Shown: positions 1 through 8,790, numbered from the stretch's first letter. The stretch: 39,317 nucleotides of DNA from Akkermansia muciniphila (GCA_945861075.1 CAMATE010000001.1:1-39317), one strand, 5' to 3'. The notes: a model not told the origin generated them from the letters alone. Numbers and translations: made by a program.

Positions 1-393
1 GAGATTCGACCGGGGGGCTGGCATGAGGTGGCCGCCCGTCGCGAGGTGCCTTCGCCGGGTCCGGGTCCGGTGGCCTTGTCGCCGGAGGCTCGAGCCTGGC
101 TCGCCGACGTGAAGGCCGAATGCGACCGGAAGGGCGTATCGGTGGCGTATGCCATTCCGTGGTTCTACGGATCCGAAGCAGACCGCCCGGCCATGGTGGA
201 AGCCCACCAGCGGTTCCTTGCGGACGTGGGTCGCATCGTGGCCATCCTTCCGGATCCGTCGATGGGTGTGAACACGCGGCGCGAAGACTACGCCGATTCG
301 CTGGTGCATCCCACGGGCGACGCCGCCCGGCGCCGGACCGACGACCTAGCCCGCATCCTCCGGGATTGGCACCCGGGTTCCGTGCCCCGTTGA
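1..393 (+). CDS. hypothetical protein, 5'-truncated by the window edge
   Basis: Frame 1 is open from base 1 to the TGA at 391-393. The listed ORF 28..393 starts at an internal GTG. No family recognised by eye. Confidence 0.45.
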   Translation, partial: EIRPGGWHEVAARREVPSPGPGPVALSPEARAWLADVKAECDRKGVSVAYAIPWFYGSEADRPAMVEAHQRFLADVGRIVAILPDPSMGVNTRREDYADSLVHPTGDAARRRTDDLARILRDWHPGSVPR

Positions 394-474
394 ACCGCCC
401 CGGCATCGATTTTACTGCGGGTCCATAAACGCGCTTTCCCGCGCCGCCCGCTCTTCACACACTGCGCCCCGCAC

Positions 475-1587
475 ATGAGTTCCAATACCTATCGGATCGC
501 CGCGCTTGCCGGCGATGGCATCGGCCCTGAAGTCATGCGGGAGGCCTTGAGCGTCCTCCGTGCCGTGGGCGACCAGTTTTCGCTGAAGTTCGACGTCACC
601 GAGGCGCCTGTCGGCTGGGCCGGCATTGATGCCGCGGGCAAGGCCTTGCCCGACGCCACGCTCGAGCTGTGCCGCCGCTCCGATTCCATTTTGTTCGGAT
701 CGGTGGGCCTGCCCGACCGCGACCCCACCATCCCGAAGGAACAGCGCCCCGAGCGCGCCGCCCTGCTGCGCATCCGCAAGGAGTTTGGGCTCTTCGCCAA
801 CCTCCGCCCGGTGCGCCTGCCCAAGGCCCTGGCCCACGCCTGCCCGCTGCGCCCCGAGCGTCAGGGCGACGGCATCGACATCCTGGTCGTCCGTGAACTC
901 ACCGGCGGCTTGTACTTCGGTGAGCCCAAGAAGACCGAAGACCTCGGCAATGGCCAGACCCGCGCCATCGACACCATGGTGTACACCACCTCGGAGATTG
1001 AGCGCATCGCCCGCGTCGGCTTCAAGGCCGCCCAGTTGCGCCGCAAGAAGCTGACCAGCATCGACAAGGCCAACGTGCTGGAAAACGGCGTGCTGTGGCG
1101 CGAGGTGGTCACCCGCATCGCCCGCGAATTCCCCGACGTGACCCTGGAGCACATGTTCGTCGACAACGGCGCCATGCAATTGCTGCTGCGGCCGACCCAG
1201 TTCGACGTGCTGCTGTGCGAAAACCTCTTCGGCGACATCCTCAGCGACGAGGCCGCCGCCTTGGCTGGTTCCCTCGGCATGCTGCCCAGCGCCAGCCTCG
1301 GTGCGACGAATGGTCAGCAAACCTTCGGCTTCTACGAGCCCGCCGGCGGCACTGCCCCCGACATCGCCGGCAAGGACCTCGCCAACCCCATCGCCCAAAT
1401 TCTCTCCGTGGCCCTCATGCTGCGCTACAGCTTCGGGCTCAATGCCGCAGCCGATGCCGTGGATGCCGCCGTCGGCAAGGCCATCGATCAAGGCCTGCGC
1501 ACCGGCGACATCTTCTCCGCCAGCGAGACCGGAGCCCGGCGCGTCGGCACCCGCGAAATGGGTGCGGCCATCGTCGCGGCCCTGTGA
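475..1587 (+). CDS. leuB: 3-isopropylmalate dehydrogenase
   Basis: 370 aa. The N-terminus YRIAALAGDGIGPEV and internal LFANLRP, VRELTGGLYFG, NLFGDILSDEAA motifs are typical of LeuB / the isocitrate-isopropylmalate dehydrogenase family. ATG start at 475. Confidence 0.96.
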   Translation: MSSNTYRIAALAGDGIGPEVMREALSVLRAVGDQFSLKFDVTEAPVGWAGIDAAGKALPDATLELCRRSDSILFGSVGLPDRDPTIPKEQRPERAALLRIRKEFGLFANLRPVRLPKALAHACPLRPERQGDGIDILVVRELTGGLYFGEPKKTEDLGNGQTRAIDTMVYTTSEIERIARVGFKAAQLRRKKLTSIDKANVLENGVLWREVVTRIAREFPDVTLEHMFVDNGAMQLLLRPTQFDVLLCENLFGDILSDEAAALAGSLGMLPSASLGATNGQQTFGFYEPAGGTAPDIAGKDLANPIAQILSVALMLRYSFGLNAAADAVDAAVGKAIDQGLRTGDIFSASETGARRVGTREMGAAIVAAL

Positions 1588-1612
1588 GTTTCCCGGCTGT
1601 CTCTATTCTGCG

Positions 1613-2596
1613 ATGAAGATCGCCGTCATCGGTTGCGGGGCGCTGGGCAGCTATTATGGCGCCCTGCTGTCCCGTGCTGGACACGAAGTGTGGTTCCAAC
1701 TGCGGGCCGACCACGACGTGGTAGCCCGCGATGGAGTCCATGTCGTCAGCGATCGGGGCGGCGAATTTCACGCCCATCCGAATTGCATCCGCGTGCCCGA
1801 GTCCGCGGGCGTGGTCGACCTGGTCCTCATCGGCCTCAAGACCACGGCGAACGGCGAGTTCCCCCGGCTGGTTCCCGGCTGGGTCGGGCCGCAAACCGCC
1901 GTGCTCACGCTTCAGAACGGCCTCGGCAACGAAGACGCCCTGGCCCGCATCGTGCCGCCCGAGCAGGTCCTCGGTGGACTTTGCTTGGTGAGCCTCAACC
2001 GCACGGCCCCGGGCCGGATTCGCCACATCGACCTCGGCACCATCTTGCTGGGCGAACACCTCGGCCTTCCCACCGACCGCACGCGTTCCTTGGCGGCCGT
2101 GTTGGAATCAGCCGGCATTCCCTGCGAAGTCTGCCCCGACCTGCTGCAAGCCCGCTGGCGCAAGCTCGTCTGGAACATCCCCTTCAACGGCCTCGGCGTC
2201 GCCGGTTCGGCCGGCCTCGACAGTGTCTCGTGTGGGCTGTGGCAACCTGGGCAGCCCCTGGGTCGGGCGCTCACCGCAAAGGACGTTCTCGAGACGCCCG
2301 CCTGGCGCGCCATCGCCCGCGACCTCATGGGCGAAACCATCGCCGTGGCCACGGCCCTGGGCCATCCCATCGACCCCGCCCACGCCGATGCCGAGTTGGT
2401 GCGCACCGTCTCCATGGGACCCTACCGACCGTCTACGGTGGTTGACTTCGAGATGGCTCGCCCGATGGAACTCGACGCCATTTTCTACGAACCCCAGCGC
2501 GAGGCCCGCCGTGCCAAAGTCCCGACCCCGCGCCTCGACGCCCTCTGCGCCGTCCTCCGATCCCTCGAAGCCGCCGGAGTGCGACCGTCGATGTAG
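1613..2596 (+). CDS. panE: 2-dehydropantoate 2-reductase (ketopantoate reductase, ApbA/PanE family)
   Basis: Internal ATG at 1613 of ORF 1301..2596 gives MKIAVIGCGALGSYYGALLSRAGHEV, a Rossmann GxGxxG N-terminus. Later KLVWNIPFNGL is typical of the PanE C-terminal domain. The upstream part of the ORF overlaps leuB and is Pro/Ser/Ala-rich. Confidence 0.88.
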   Translation: MKIAVIGCGALGSYYGALLSRAGHEVWFQLRADHDVVARDGVHVVSDRGGEFHAHPNCIRVPESAGVVDLVLIGLKTTANGEFPRLVPGWVGPQTAVLTLQNGLGNEDALARIVPPEQVLGGLCLVSLNRTAPGRIRHIDLGTILLGEHLGLPTDRTRSLAAVLESAGIPCEVCPDLLQARWRKLVWNIPFNGLGVAGSAGLDSVSCGLWQPGQPLGRALTAKDVLETPAWRAIARDLMGETIAVATALGHPIDPAHADAELVRTVSMGPYRPSTVVDFEMARPMELDAIFYEPQREARRAKVPTPRLDALCAVLRSLEAAGVRPSM

Positions 2597-2709
2597 TCGC
2601 CTGAAGTCCACGAGCCGAACCCGGTTCATTTCGTCCTGCCTCTCCGGTCCAGCGAGCCCCAGCCGAGCATGATCTTGGAGTCACATTGGACTCCACTCAC
2701 CGCGCCAAT

Positions 2710-2855
2710 GCGGCAGCGGGACCGGGCCGGAGCGAGCATAGGAACGTCGACATCCTGATCCCCCTCGCGCGGCCGCGCGAAAGCCCAGCCGGCCCCAACG
2801 GTCCCTGCGAGCGCAGGACCGATCCCGCGGAGCCCCACCGACAACGTGCCCTCGG
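2710..2855 (+). repeat. intergenic structured repeat M1, copy A
   Basis: Begins GCGGCAGCGGGACCGGGCCGGAGCGAGCATAGGAACGTCGACATCCTGATCC, then TCGCGC-GGCC-GCGCGAAAGC, and ends CCTGCGAGCGCAGGACCGATCCCGCGGAGCC. Near-identical to the copies at 3146 and 8907. The 3' extension CACCGACAACGTGCCCTCGG is shared with copy B. Confidence 0.9.
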
Positions 2856-2931
2856 CGCCAGCCCCAGCACTCCGCCACCGCAAAACAGGTGAGGGCACCC
2901 GGGAGTATGCGGCGTTCCTTCAGAACGCACC

Positions 2932-3016
2932 GGTTGTGCGCCATACCCGGGGTTTCACCCCGGGCTGGTATGCGTTGCCCCTTTGGGGCACTCCGAATGC
3001 AGCACCACCCCCAGAG
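2932..3016 (+). repeat. intergenic repeat module M2, copy a
   Basis: GGTTGTGCGCCATACCCGGGGTTTCACCCCGGGCTGGTATGCGTTGCCCCTTTGGGGCACTCCGAATGC... aligns with 8803..8887 at roughly 85-90% identity by eye. Contains a 7-bp CCCGGGG/CCCCGGG hairpin and a GCCCC/GGGGC hairpin. Confidence 0.85.
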
Positions 3017-3145
3017 CCCCCACCGCCTCCGCGTCCCCACGCCCCTCAGCGCCATCACCACAACACACCGGATCAACGACGATTGTTTTTCCTCAACGGC
3101 GACCATCAAACCATCCCATAGAGGGACATGCCCCCAATCCACGAA

Positions 3146-3291
3146 GCGGCAGCGGGATCGGGCCGGAGCGAGCATAGGAACGTCGACATCCTGATTCCAG
3201 TCGCGCGACAGCGCGAAAGCCCAACTGGCCCCAACGTTCCCTGCGAGCGCAGGACCGATCCCGCGGAGCTTCACCCACAACGTGCCCTCGG
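3146..3291 (+). repeat. intergenic structured repeat M1, copy B
   Basis: Same architecture as copy A. Central hairpin is TCGCGC-GACA-GCGCGA and the 3' end is CCTGCGAGCGCAGGACCGATCCCGCGGAGC. Confidence 0.9.
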
Positions 3292-3362
3292 GACTCAGTG
3301 CATCTGAAGGGACCCCGGCACGGCATGCCCCAAACTCAAGGAGCCCCGGGGCGTTCCGAAGC

Positions 3363-3917
3363 TCAGGCCTTCTGAGCGATCATGCCCGTCTGGCGGGCAT
3401 AGTCGAAAATCCCGCCCGCATCGATCACCGGCCGGACCTCGCCCAGCGGCTTGAGCGAATAAGTTTTGCCCGTGCCGTGGTGGCGGATCGTCTGCGTGTC
3501 GATGTCGACCGTTGCCACATCGCCCGTCTTGAAATACTCCCGTAAATTCGACTCTGTCTCCACCGGATACACCTCGCCCGTCGCCACGCAGTTCCGGAAG
3601 AAGATCCGCGCATAGCTCTCGGCCACCACCACCTCGCAGTTCGCCGAACCCATCGCAATCGGCGCATGCTCGCGTGAACTGCCGCAGCCGAAGTTCCGGC
3701 CAGCGATGACAATGGGATACTCCGTGTCCAAGGCCCCTTCCTTCACGAAGCGGGTCGTGTAGAGAGAATCGGGCAATCCCCACAACGCATATGCCCCGAG
3801 CTTCTCGTACTCGTCCGGGATCGTCGGAATGAGATTCAGGAACTGGGCCGGGATGATCTGATCGGTGTCGATATTGTCTCCCACCACATAGACCGGCCCC
3901 GTGAACGTCGATTGCAT
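3363..3917 (-). CDS. leuD: 3-isopropylmalate dehydratase small subunit (LeuD, short type)
   Basis: Translation from the ATG at 3917 reads MQSTFTGPVYVVGDNIDTDQIIPAQFL...IVIAGRNFGCGSSREHAP, the aconitase swivel-domain signature. The 22-aa in-frame extension to 3983 looks non-native. Confidence 0.88.
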   Translation of the reverse strand: MQSTFTGPVYVVGDNIDTDQIIPAQFLNLIPTIPDEYEKLGAYALWGLPDSLYTTRFVKEGALDTEYPIVIAGRNFGCGSSREHAPIAMGSANCEVVVAESYARIFFRNCVATGEVYPVETESNLREYFKTGDVATVDIDTQTIRHHGTGKTYSLKPLGEVRPVIDAGGIFDYARQTGMIAQKA

Positions 3918-4167
3918 GGCGACAATCTGGCGGAGCTCCCTCCTCAGCGGCAAACCGAAATTCGTCCGGCCAATCGCCATCACCCAGACCGCCCTCCGCC
4001 AAAGCTATCCCAGAAACCTCCCGGATGAAGGTCCACATCACCCGTTCAAAAGGCTTCAATTCCTACTCAAATCGTCGGGTATCCGTATTTTCCGCCATTG
4101 ATTCGGAGCCGCCATCAGCGATGATCTCCCCGCCTGTTGCCCTCCGCGGGAAACCGGTACTAAGGAA

Positions 4168-5871
4168 ATGAGCACCGCCGCCACCCCCGAAAAGAAGCCT
4201 AGCCGCAACGAAGAACTCAAGACGGCCATTCCGACCCTGGCCGGGAATATTGCCGCCACTCTGGCGGACACCTCGCTCGCCTGCTTTTCCGCAGACGACG
4301 AGCAGTTCATCAAATTCCACGGCATTTATCAGCAGGACGATCGCGACCTGCGCAAGAGCGGCAAGCAGTACATCTGGATGATCCGCGGCCGCATTCCTGG
4401 CGGCGTCCTGAGCGCCCGCCAGTGGATTGCCCTCGACGATCTCGCCACCCAGCGCGCCAACAACACCCTGCGCCTGACCACCCGTCAGAGCGTTCAGTTT
4501 CACGGCGTGGTCAAGGACCGTCTCGGCCCGCTCATGCGCGAGATCAACCAGGCCATGATCGACACCCTGGCCGCCTGCGGTGATGTGAATCGCAACGTCA
4601 TGGCCTCGCCCATGCCTGCGATCAGTACCGCTCGCCAGCAAGTGTACGAAGATTCCAAGAAGGTCTCCGAGGCTCTGCTCCCGCAAACCAAGGCCTACCA
4701 CTCCATCTGGATCGATGGCGTGCAGCTCAACCTGGATGCACCCGAGAACAAAGACTTTGTCGACCCGCTCTACGGCTCGACCTACCTGCCGCGGAAGTTC
4801 AAGATCGGCTTCGTCATCCCGCCGGTGAACGACATCGACATCTTCACCCAGTGCATGGGCTTCATCGCCATCGTCCAGAACGGCGAACTCGTCGGCTACA
4901 ACCTGACGGCCGGCGGTGGCATGGGCCGCAGCCACGGCAACACCGTCACCTATCCGCGCCTGGCCGATGTGGTGGGATTCTTCCCGCGCTCGGCGCTGGT
5001 CGAGGTGTCCAAGGCCGTGCTCACGGTCTTCCGTGACTCCGGTGATCGCACCGACCGCAAGCACGCCCGTCTCAAGTATGTGCTGCAGGAAAAGGGTGTG
5101 GAGTGGTTCCGCGACGAGGTGGCCCGCCGTGCGGGTATCCAATTCCAGCCGGCCAGGCCGGTGCAGTTCGTCACCACCACCGACGCCTACGGCTGGCAGA
5201 AGGCCTTGGATGGCCGCTGGTTCCTGACCCTCTTCGTCGAGTCGGGCCGCGTGAAGGACACCGAGACCCGCCGCCAGAAGACGGCCCTGCGCCGCGTGGC
5301 CGAGCAGTTCGACGGCGTGGAATACCGCCTGTCGGCCAATCAGAATGTCGTGCTGGCCAATGTCACCGACGCCGACAAAGCGGCCATCACCGCCTTGCTG
5401 CATGAGCATGGCGTGAAGACCGAAAAGCAGGCTGGCGTGCTGCATGCGGCCGCCATGTCCTGCCCGTCGATGCCCACGTGTGGACTGGGGTTGGCCGAGT
5501 CGGAGCGCTTCCTGCCCTCGCTGCTCGACCGCATCCAGGACTTGTGCACTGAGGTCGGTCTCAATGAAGAAGAAATCATCATCCGCATGACGGGGTGCCC
5601 CAATGGGTGCGCGCGTCCGTACATGGCCGAGATCGGGTTCGTCGGCAAAGGCCCTGGCCGCTATCAAGTTTGGCTCGGTGGCAACACCACGGGCACCCGG
5701 CTCAACCGCATCTGGAAGGAAACCATGAAGGAAACCGACACCGAGACTGAATTGCGTCCGCTGCTGGTCCGCTACAAGGCCGAGCGGCTCGCCGGTGAAC
5801 GCTTCGGCGATTGGGTCGCCCGCGTGTTTTGGCCTGAGCAGCCGACCGAGACTACCGCTGTCGCTGCCTGA
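4168..5871 (+). CDS. cysI: assimilatory sulfite reductase hemoprotein subunit
   Basis: 567 aa. FIKFHGIYQQDDRD, RIPGGVLSARQW, LRLTTRQSVQFHGV, GDVNRNVM and the C-terminal CPSMPTCGLGLAESER...TGCPNGCARP siroheme/4Fe-4S cysteine cluster closely resemble E. coli CysI. AAGGAA lies directly upstream of the ATG. Confidence 0.94.
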   Translation: MSTAATPEKKPSRNEELKTAIPTLAGNIAATLADTSLACFSADDEQFIKFHGIYQQDDRDLRKSGKQYIWMIRGRIPGGVLSARQWIALDDLATQRANNTLRLTTRQSVQFHGVVKDRLGPLMREINQAMIDTLAACGDVNRNVMASPMPAISTARQQVYEDSKKVSEALLPQTKAYHSIWIDGVQLNLDAPENKDFVDPLYGSTYLPRKFKIGFVIPPVNDIDIFTQCMGFIAIVQNGELVGYNLTAGGGMGRSHGNTVTYPRLADVVGFFPRSALVEVSKAVLTVFRDSGDRTDRKHARLKYVLQEKGVEWFRDEVARRAGIQFQPARPVQFVTTTDAYGWQKALDGRWFLTLFVESGRVKDTETRRQKTALRRVAEQFDGVEYRLSANQNVVLANVTDADKAAITALLHEHGVKTEKQAGVLHAAAMSCPSMPTCGLGLAESERFLPSLLDRIQDLCTEVGLNEEEIIIRMTGCPNGCARPYMAEIGFVGKGPGRYQVWLGGNTTGTRLNRIWKETMKETDTETELRPLLVRYKAERLAGERFGDWVARVFWPEQPTETTAVAA

Positions 5872-5926
5872 ACGGGCTCCTCGGCCACGATCCCCCAGCC
5901 TTACTGCATTCCTGCCTTATCCGGTG

Positions 5927-6592
5927 ATGACTCCCGCTGAACAGCAAGCCGCCAACGCCGCCCTCAAGTCCCAGTCCCCGCTGGACATCGTCCGCTGGGG
6001 TCTGGAGCGCTCGGGCGGACGGGCCATCGTTTCGACCAACTTCCGTCCGTACGAGGCGGTGATCTTGCACCTGGTGACCCAACTCCAGCCCGACATCCCG
6101 GTGCTTTGGGTCGATCACGGCTACAACCGGCCGGCCACCTACCGGCACGCCGAGGCGCTCCGGGCGCGCTTGAAGCTCAACATCAAGGCCTATCTGCCGC
6201 GCAAGACGGCTGCCCACTATGATGCCGTGGACGGCGGCATGCCCGAGCCCACCCCGGAGAATGAAGAGCGCATCAAGGCCTTCAGCACCGTCATGAAGCT
6301 CGAGCCCTTCCAGCGCGGCATGTGCGAGTTGGCGCCGACGGTTTGGATCACCGCGTTGCGACAAGTCCAGAACCCCAACCGGGCCGGCCTCGACATCGTT
6401 AGCCCTGACGGCAATTTCGGATCGCTCAAGTTGAGCCCACTCTTCTACTGGAGCGATGCCCAGATGGAGGCTTATCTGAAGGAGAACGATTTGCCCAACG
6501 AGTGGGACTACTTCGATCCTGCCAAGGCCGACGACAAACGGGAGTGCGGTTTGCATGCCGCCTGGGGTGGCAAGGCCGTCGCTACGGTCTGA
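5927..6592 (+). CDS. cysH: phosphoadenylyl-sulfate (PAPS) reductase family protein
   Basis: Start taken at ATG 5927 (GTG 5924 is also possible). Has a PAPS_reduct-type core and the C-terminal KRECGLH motif. Only two Cys in total, so there is no CC...CxxC Fe-S motif. The upstream part of ORF 5795..6592 overlaps the cysI end. Confidence 0.88.
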   Translation: MTPAEQQAANAALKSQSPLDIVRWGLERSGGRAIVSTNFRPYEAVILHLVTQLQPDIPVLWVDHGYNRPATYRHAEALRARLKLNIKAYLPRKTAAHYDAVDGGMPEPTPENEERIKAFSTVMKLEPFQRGMCELAPTVWITALRQVQNPNRAGLDIVSPDGNFGSLKLSPLFYWSDAQMEAYLKENDLPNEWDYFDPAKADDKRECGLHAAWGGKAVATV

Positions 6593-6636
6593 ACCTAACC
6601 AAACAATTGTCCCATTCAGACCTGAGCCTGCCTTCC

Positions 6637-7575
6637 ATGAGAAGCTACCAACTCGACCATCTCCAGTACCTCGAGACCGAGGCCATCCACATCATGCGCG
6701 AGGTGGCCGCCGAATTCGAGCGTCCGGCCCTGCTGTTCTCCGGCGGCAAGGATTCTATCTGCCTCCTGCGTCTGGCCGAGAAAGCCTTCCGGCCTTCCGA
6801 TTTGCCGTTGCCGTTCCTCAACGTGGAAACCGGCCATGAGTTCCCCGAACTCATCGAGTTTCGCGATCGCCGCGCCCAGGAATTGGGAGCCAAGCTCATC
6901 GTCCGCACCGTCGATGAAGGCGTTGCCAAAGGCTTCGTCACCCCGACGCCGGGTCAGTTGAGCCGCAACCAGTTGCAAATCCCGGTGCTGCTCGGCGCCA
7001 TCGAAGAGTTTCGTTTCGACTGCTGCATCGGCGGGGCTCGCCGCGACGAAGAAAAGGCCCGGGCCAAGGAGCGCTTTTTCAGCTTCCGCGATGCCTTCGG
7101 TCAGTGGGATCCGAAGAACCAGCGGCCCGAAATCTGGAACCTCTACAACGCTCGCCTCAATCAGGGCGAAAACATGCGCGTGTTCCCGTTGTCCAACTGG
7201 ACCGAGATGGACGTGTGGGAATACATCCGCCAGGAGCGCCTCGAGGTGCCCAATATTTACTTCAGCCACCGTCGCGATTGTTTCCGCCGCGGCGGCCAGT
7301 GGTTGCCGGTGCCCCCGCCGCACACCGATGCCTCGCGGCCCGATCCGTACGAGGGCGGGCGGCCTAAGCCCAGCGAGCCGGTGAAGTCGCTGGTGGTCCG
7401 GGTGCGGACCATCGCCGACATGATTAGCACGGGCATGATCGAGAGCCCGGCCGACTCGGTGGACGACATCATCGCCGAAGTCGCCGCGGCCCGCGTCACC
7501 GAGCGGGGCACCCGCGCTGATGACAAGGCCAGCGAGGCCGCCATGGAAGACCGCAAGAAGGCTGGCTATTTCTGA
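6637..7575 (+). CDS. cysD: sulfate adenylyltransferase subunit 2
   Basis: From ATG 6637: LDHLQYLETEAIHIMREVAAEFERPALLFSGGKDS (PP-loop SGGKDS). The C-terminal ...EDRKKAGYF matches the E. coli CysD tail (KKRQGYF). Confidence 0.92.
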   Translation: MRSYQLDHLQYLETEAIHIMREVAAEFERPALLFSGGKDSICLLRLAEKAFRPSDLPLPFLNVETGHEFPELIEFRDRRAQELGAKLIVRTVDEGVAKGFVTPTPGQLSRNQLQIPVLLGAIEEFRFDCCIGGARRDEEKARAKERFFSFRDAFGQWDPKNQRPEIWNLYNARLNQGENMRVFPLSNWTEMDVWEYIRQERLEVPNIYFSHRRDCFRRGGQWLPVPPPHTDASRPDPYEGGRPKPSEPVKSLVVRVRTIADMISTGMIESPADSVDDIIAEVAAARVTERGTRADDKASEAAMEDRKKAGYF

Positions 7576-7642
7576 GACGTGTGTCGCCGCAGTTCAGCGC
7601 CTCCTTCCGCCTCCATTGATTTCTCCGATTAGGTCCCAACTG

Positions 7643-8746
7643 ATGACCCCGATTGCCTTCCTGAATCCCGGAGCGCAAACCGCGCCCTTGCGCGAGGAGT
7701 TGCTGCGCGCCGTCACTGCGGTCATCGATGCCGGCCACTTCATTCTGGGCCCCAATGTCGCGGCCCTCGAGCAAGAGGTCGCGGCCTTTTGTGGCGCGGC
7801 CCATGGCATCGGGGTCAACTCCGGTTCCGACGCGTTGACGTTGGCGCTGAAGGCCCTCGACATCGGTCCCGGCGACGAGGTCATCACCAGCCCGTTTACC
7901 TACATCGCGCCGGCCGAGAGCATTCATCAGTTGGGGGCCAAGGTGGTTTTCGCCGACATCGATCCGCGGACTTTCACCCTCGATGCCGCCGATGTGGCCC
8001 GGCGCATCACGCCGCGCACCAAGGCCCTGTTGCCCGTGCATCTCTTTGGTCAGGCCGCGCCGCTCGGAGAGCTCTTACCCTTGTGCGAGCGCCACGGACT
8101 GTCGCTGGTAGAAGACTGCGCCCAGGCCATCGGGGCGACGTGGGAAGGCCGTGGTCTGGCCGGTATTGGTCGCATCGGCTGTCTCAGTTTTTACCCCACG
8201 AAGAACCTCGGGGCCGACGGCGACGGTGGCATGTGCCTCACCCAAGACCCGGCCCTGGCTAAGAAGCTGCGGATGCTCCGCGTCCATGGCATCGAGAAGC
8301 GCTACTACCACGACTTGCACGGGTTCAATTCGCGGCTCGATGAACTTCAAGCGGCCATCCTCCGCGTGAAGCTTCCGCACCTGGCCCGCTGGAACCAGCG
8401 CCGGGCCGCAATCGCCGCGCGGTATTCGGCCGGCCTGGCCGGCCTACCGGTCGAGCTGCCAGTGGTTGCCCCTGGCAACACCCACGTGTGGCATGTGTAC
8501 GCCCTGCTGACTGATCGACGGGATGCCCTTCAAAAGCACCTCGAGGCCGCGGGCATTCCAACGCTCATCTACTACCCGGTACCCCTGCACCTTCAGCGCT
8601 GCTATGCTGATCAAGGTGGTCAGCCGGGCGATTATCCGGTGACCGAAGCCGTCAGTCGGCGCATCCAACCCTTGCCGATGTATCCCGAACTCACCGACGA
8701 CCAGGTCGATCGAGTGATCACGGCCATCCGCGGGTTCTTCGAGTAG
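7643..8746 (+). CDS. DegT/DnrJ/EryC1/StrS-family PLP-dependent sugar aminotransferase
   Basis: From ATG 7643: FILGPNVAALEQEVAAFCGAAHGIGVNSGSDALTLALKAL, then SFYPTKNLGADGDGG (PLP lysine context) and RLDELQAAIL. Confidence 0.9.
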   Translation: MTPIAFLNPGAQTAPLREELLRAVTAVIDAGHFILGPNVAALEQEVAAFCGAAHGIGVNSGSDALTLALKALDIGPGDEVITSPFTYIAPAESIHQLGAKVVFADIDPRTFTLDAADVARRITPRTKALLPVHLFGQAAPLGELLPLCERHGLSLVEDCAQAIGATWEGRGLAGIGRIGCLSFYPTKNLGADGDGGMCLTQDPALAKKLRMLRVHGIEKRYYHDLHGFNSRLDELQAAILRVKLPHLARWNQRRAAIAARYSAGLAGLPVELPVVAPGNTHVWHVYALLTDRRDALQKHLEAAGIPTLIYYPVPLHLQRCYADQGGQPGDYPVTEAVSRRIQPLPMYPELTDDQVDRVITAIRGFFE

Positions 8747-8768
8747 GCGATCGCGCAGGCGCAGCCAT

Positions 8769-8790
8769 AGCATCGAGGATGCTTTTCTTC
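8769..8790 (+). terminator. weak rho-independent terminator candidate after the DegT-family gene
   Basis: AGCATC-GAG-GATGCT hairpin (6 bp) followed by TTTTCTTC, 23 nt after the stop codon. The stem is short. Confidence 0.35.

Noticed and set aside
2710-3291. Possibility that the repeated units are a CRISPR array.
   Set aside because: The units are about 125-145 nt, only two are adjacent and their spacing is irregular. One copy elsewhere is inverted, the other copies are dispersed kilobases apart, and no cas genes are present.
2686-3307. Small ORFs reading through the M1 repeats: 68 aa at 2686..2892 and 59 aa at 3128..3307. The corresponding frame of copy C is also open. They encode ...AAAGPGRSEHRNVDILIP.AR.RES..GPN.PCERRTDPAE...
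   Set aside because: Substitutions between copies are not biased toward synonymous sites. The opposite strand is equally open. Copy C has no start codon. Copy D conserves only the hairpin blocks. Structure-level conservation explains the data better than a repeated peptide, although I cannot formally exclude coding without dN/dS on many copies.
4063-5667. 534-aa ORF antisense to cysI. Similar long antisense or off-frame ORFs occur at 412..1491, 8982..9980, 14064..15464, 17077..18174, 19669..20631, 22502..23575, 23735..25315, 25272..26846, 27895..29646 and 29653..31623.
   Set aside because: All lie opposite or out of frame to genes with unmistakable family signatures. Their translations are Arg/Gly/Pro/Ala/His-rich low-complexity sequence, typical of stop-codon-poor shadow frames in high-GC DNA.
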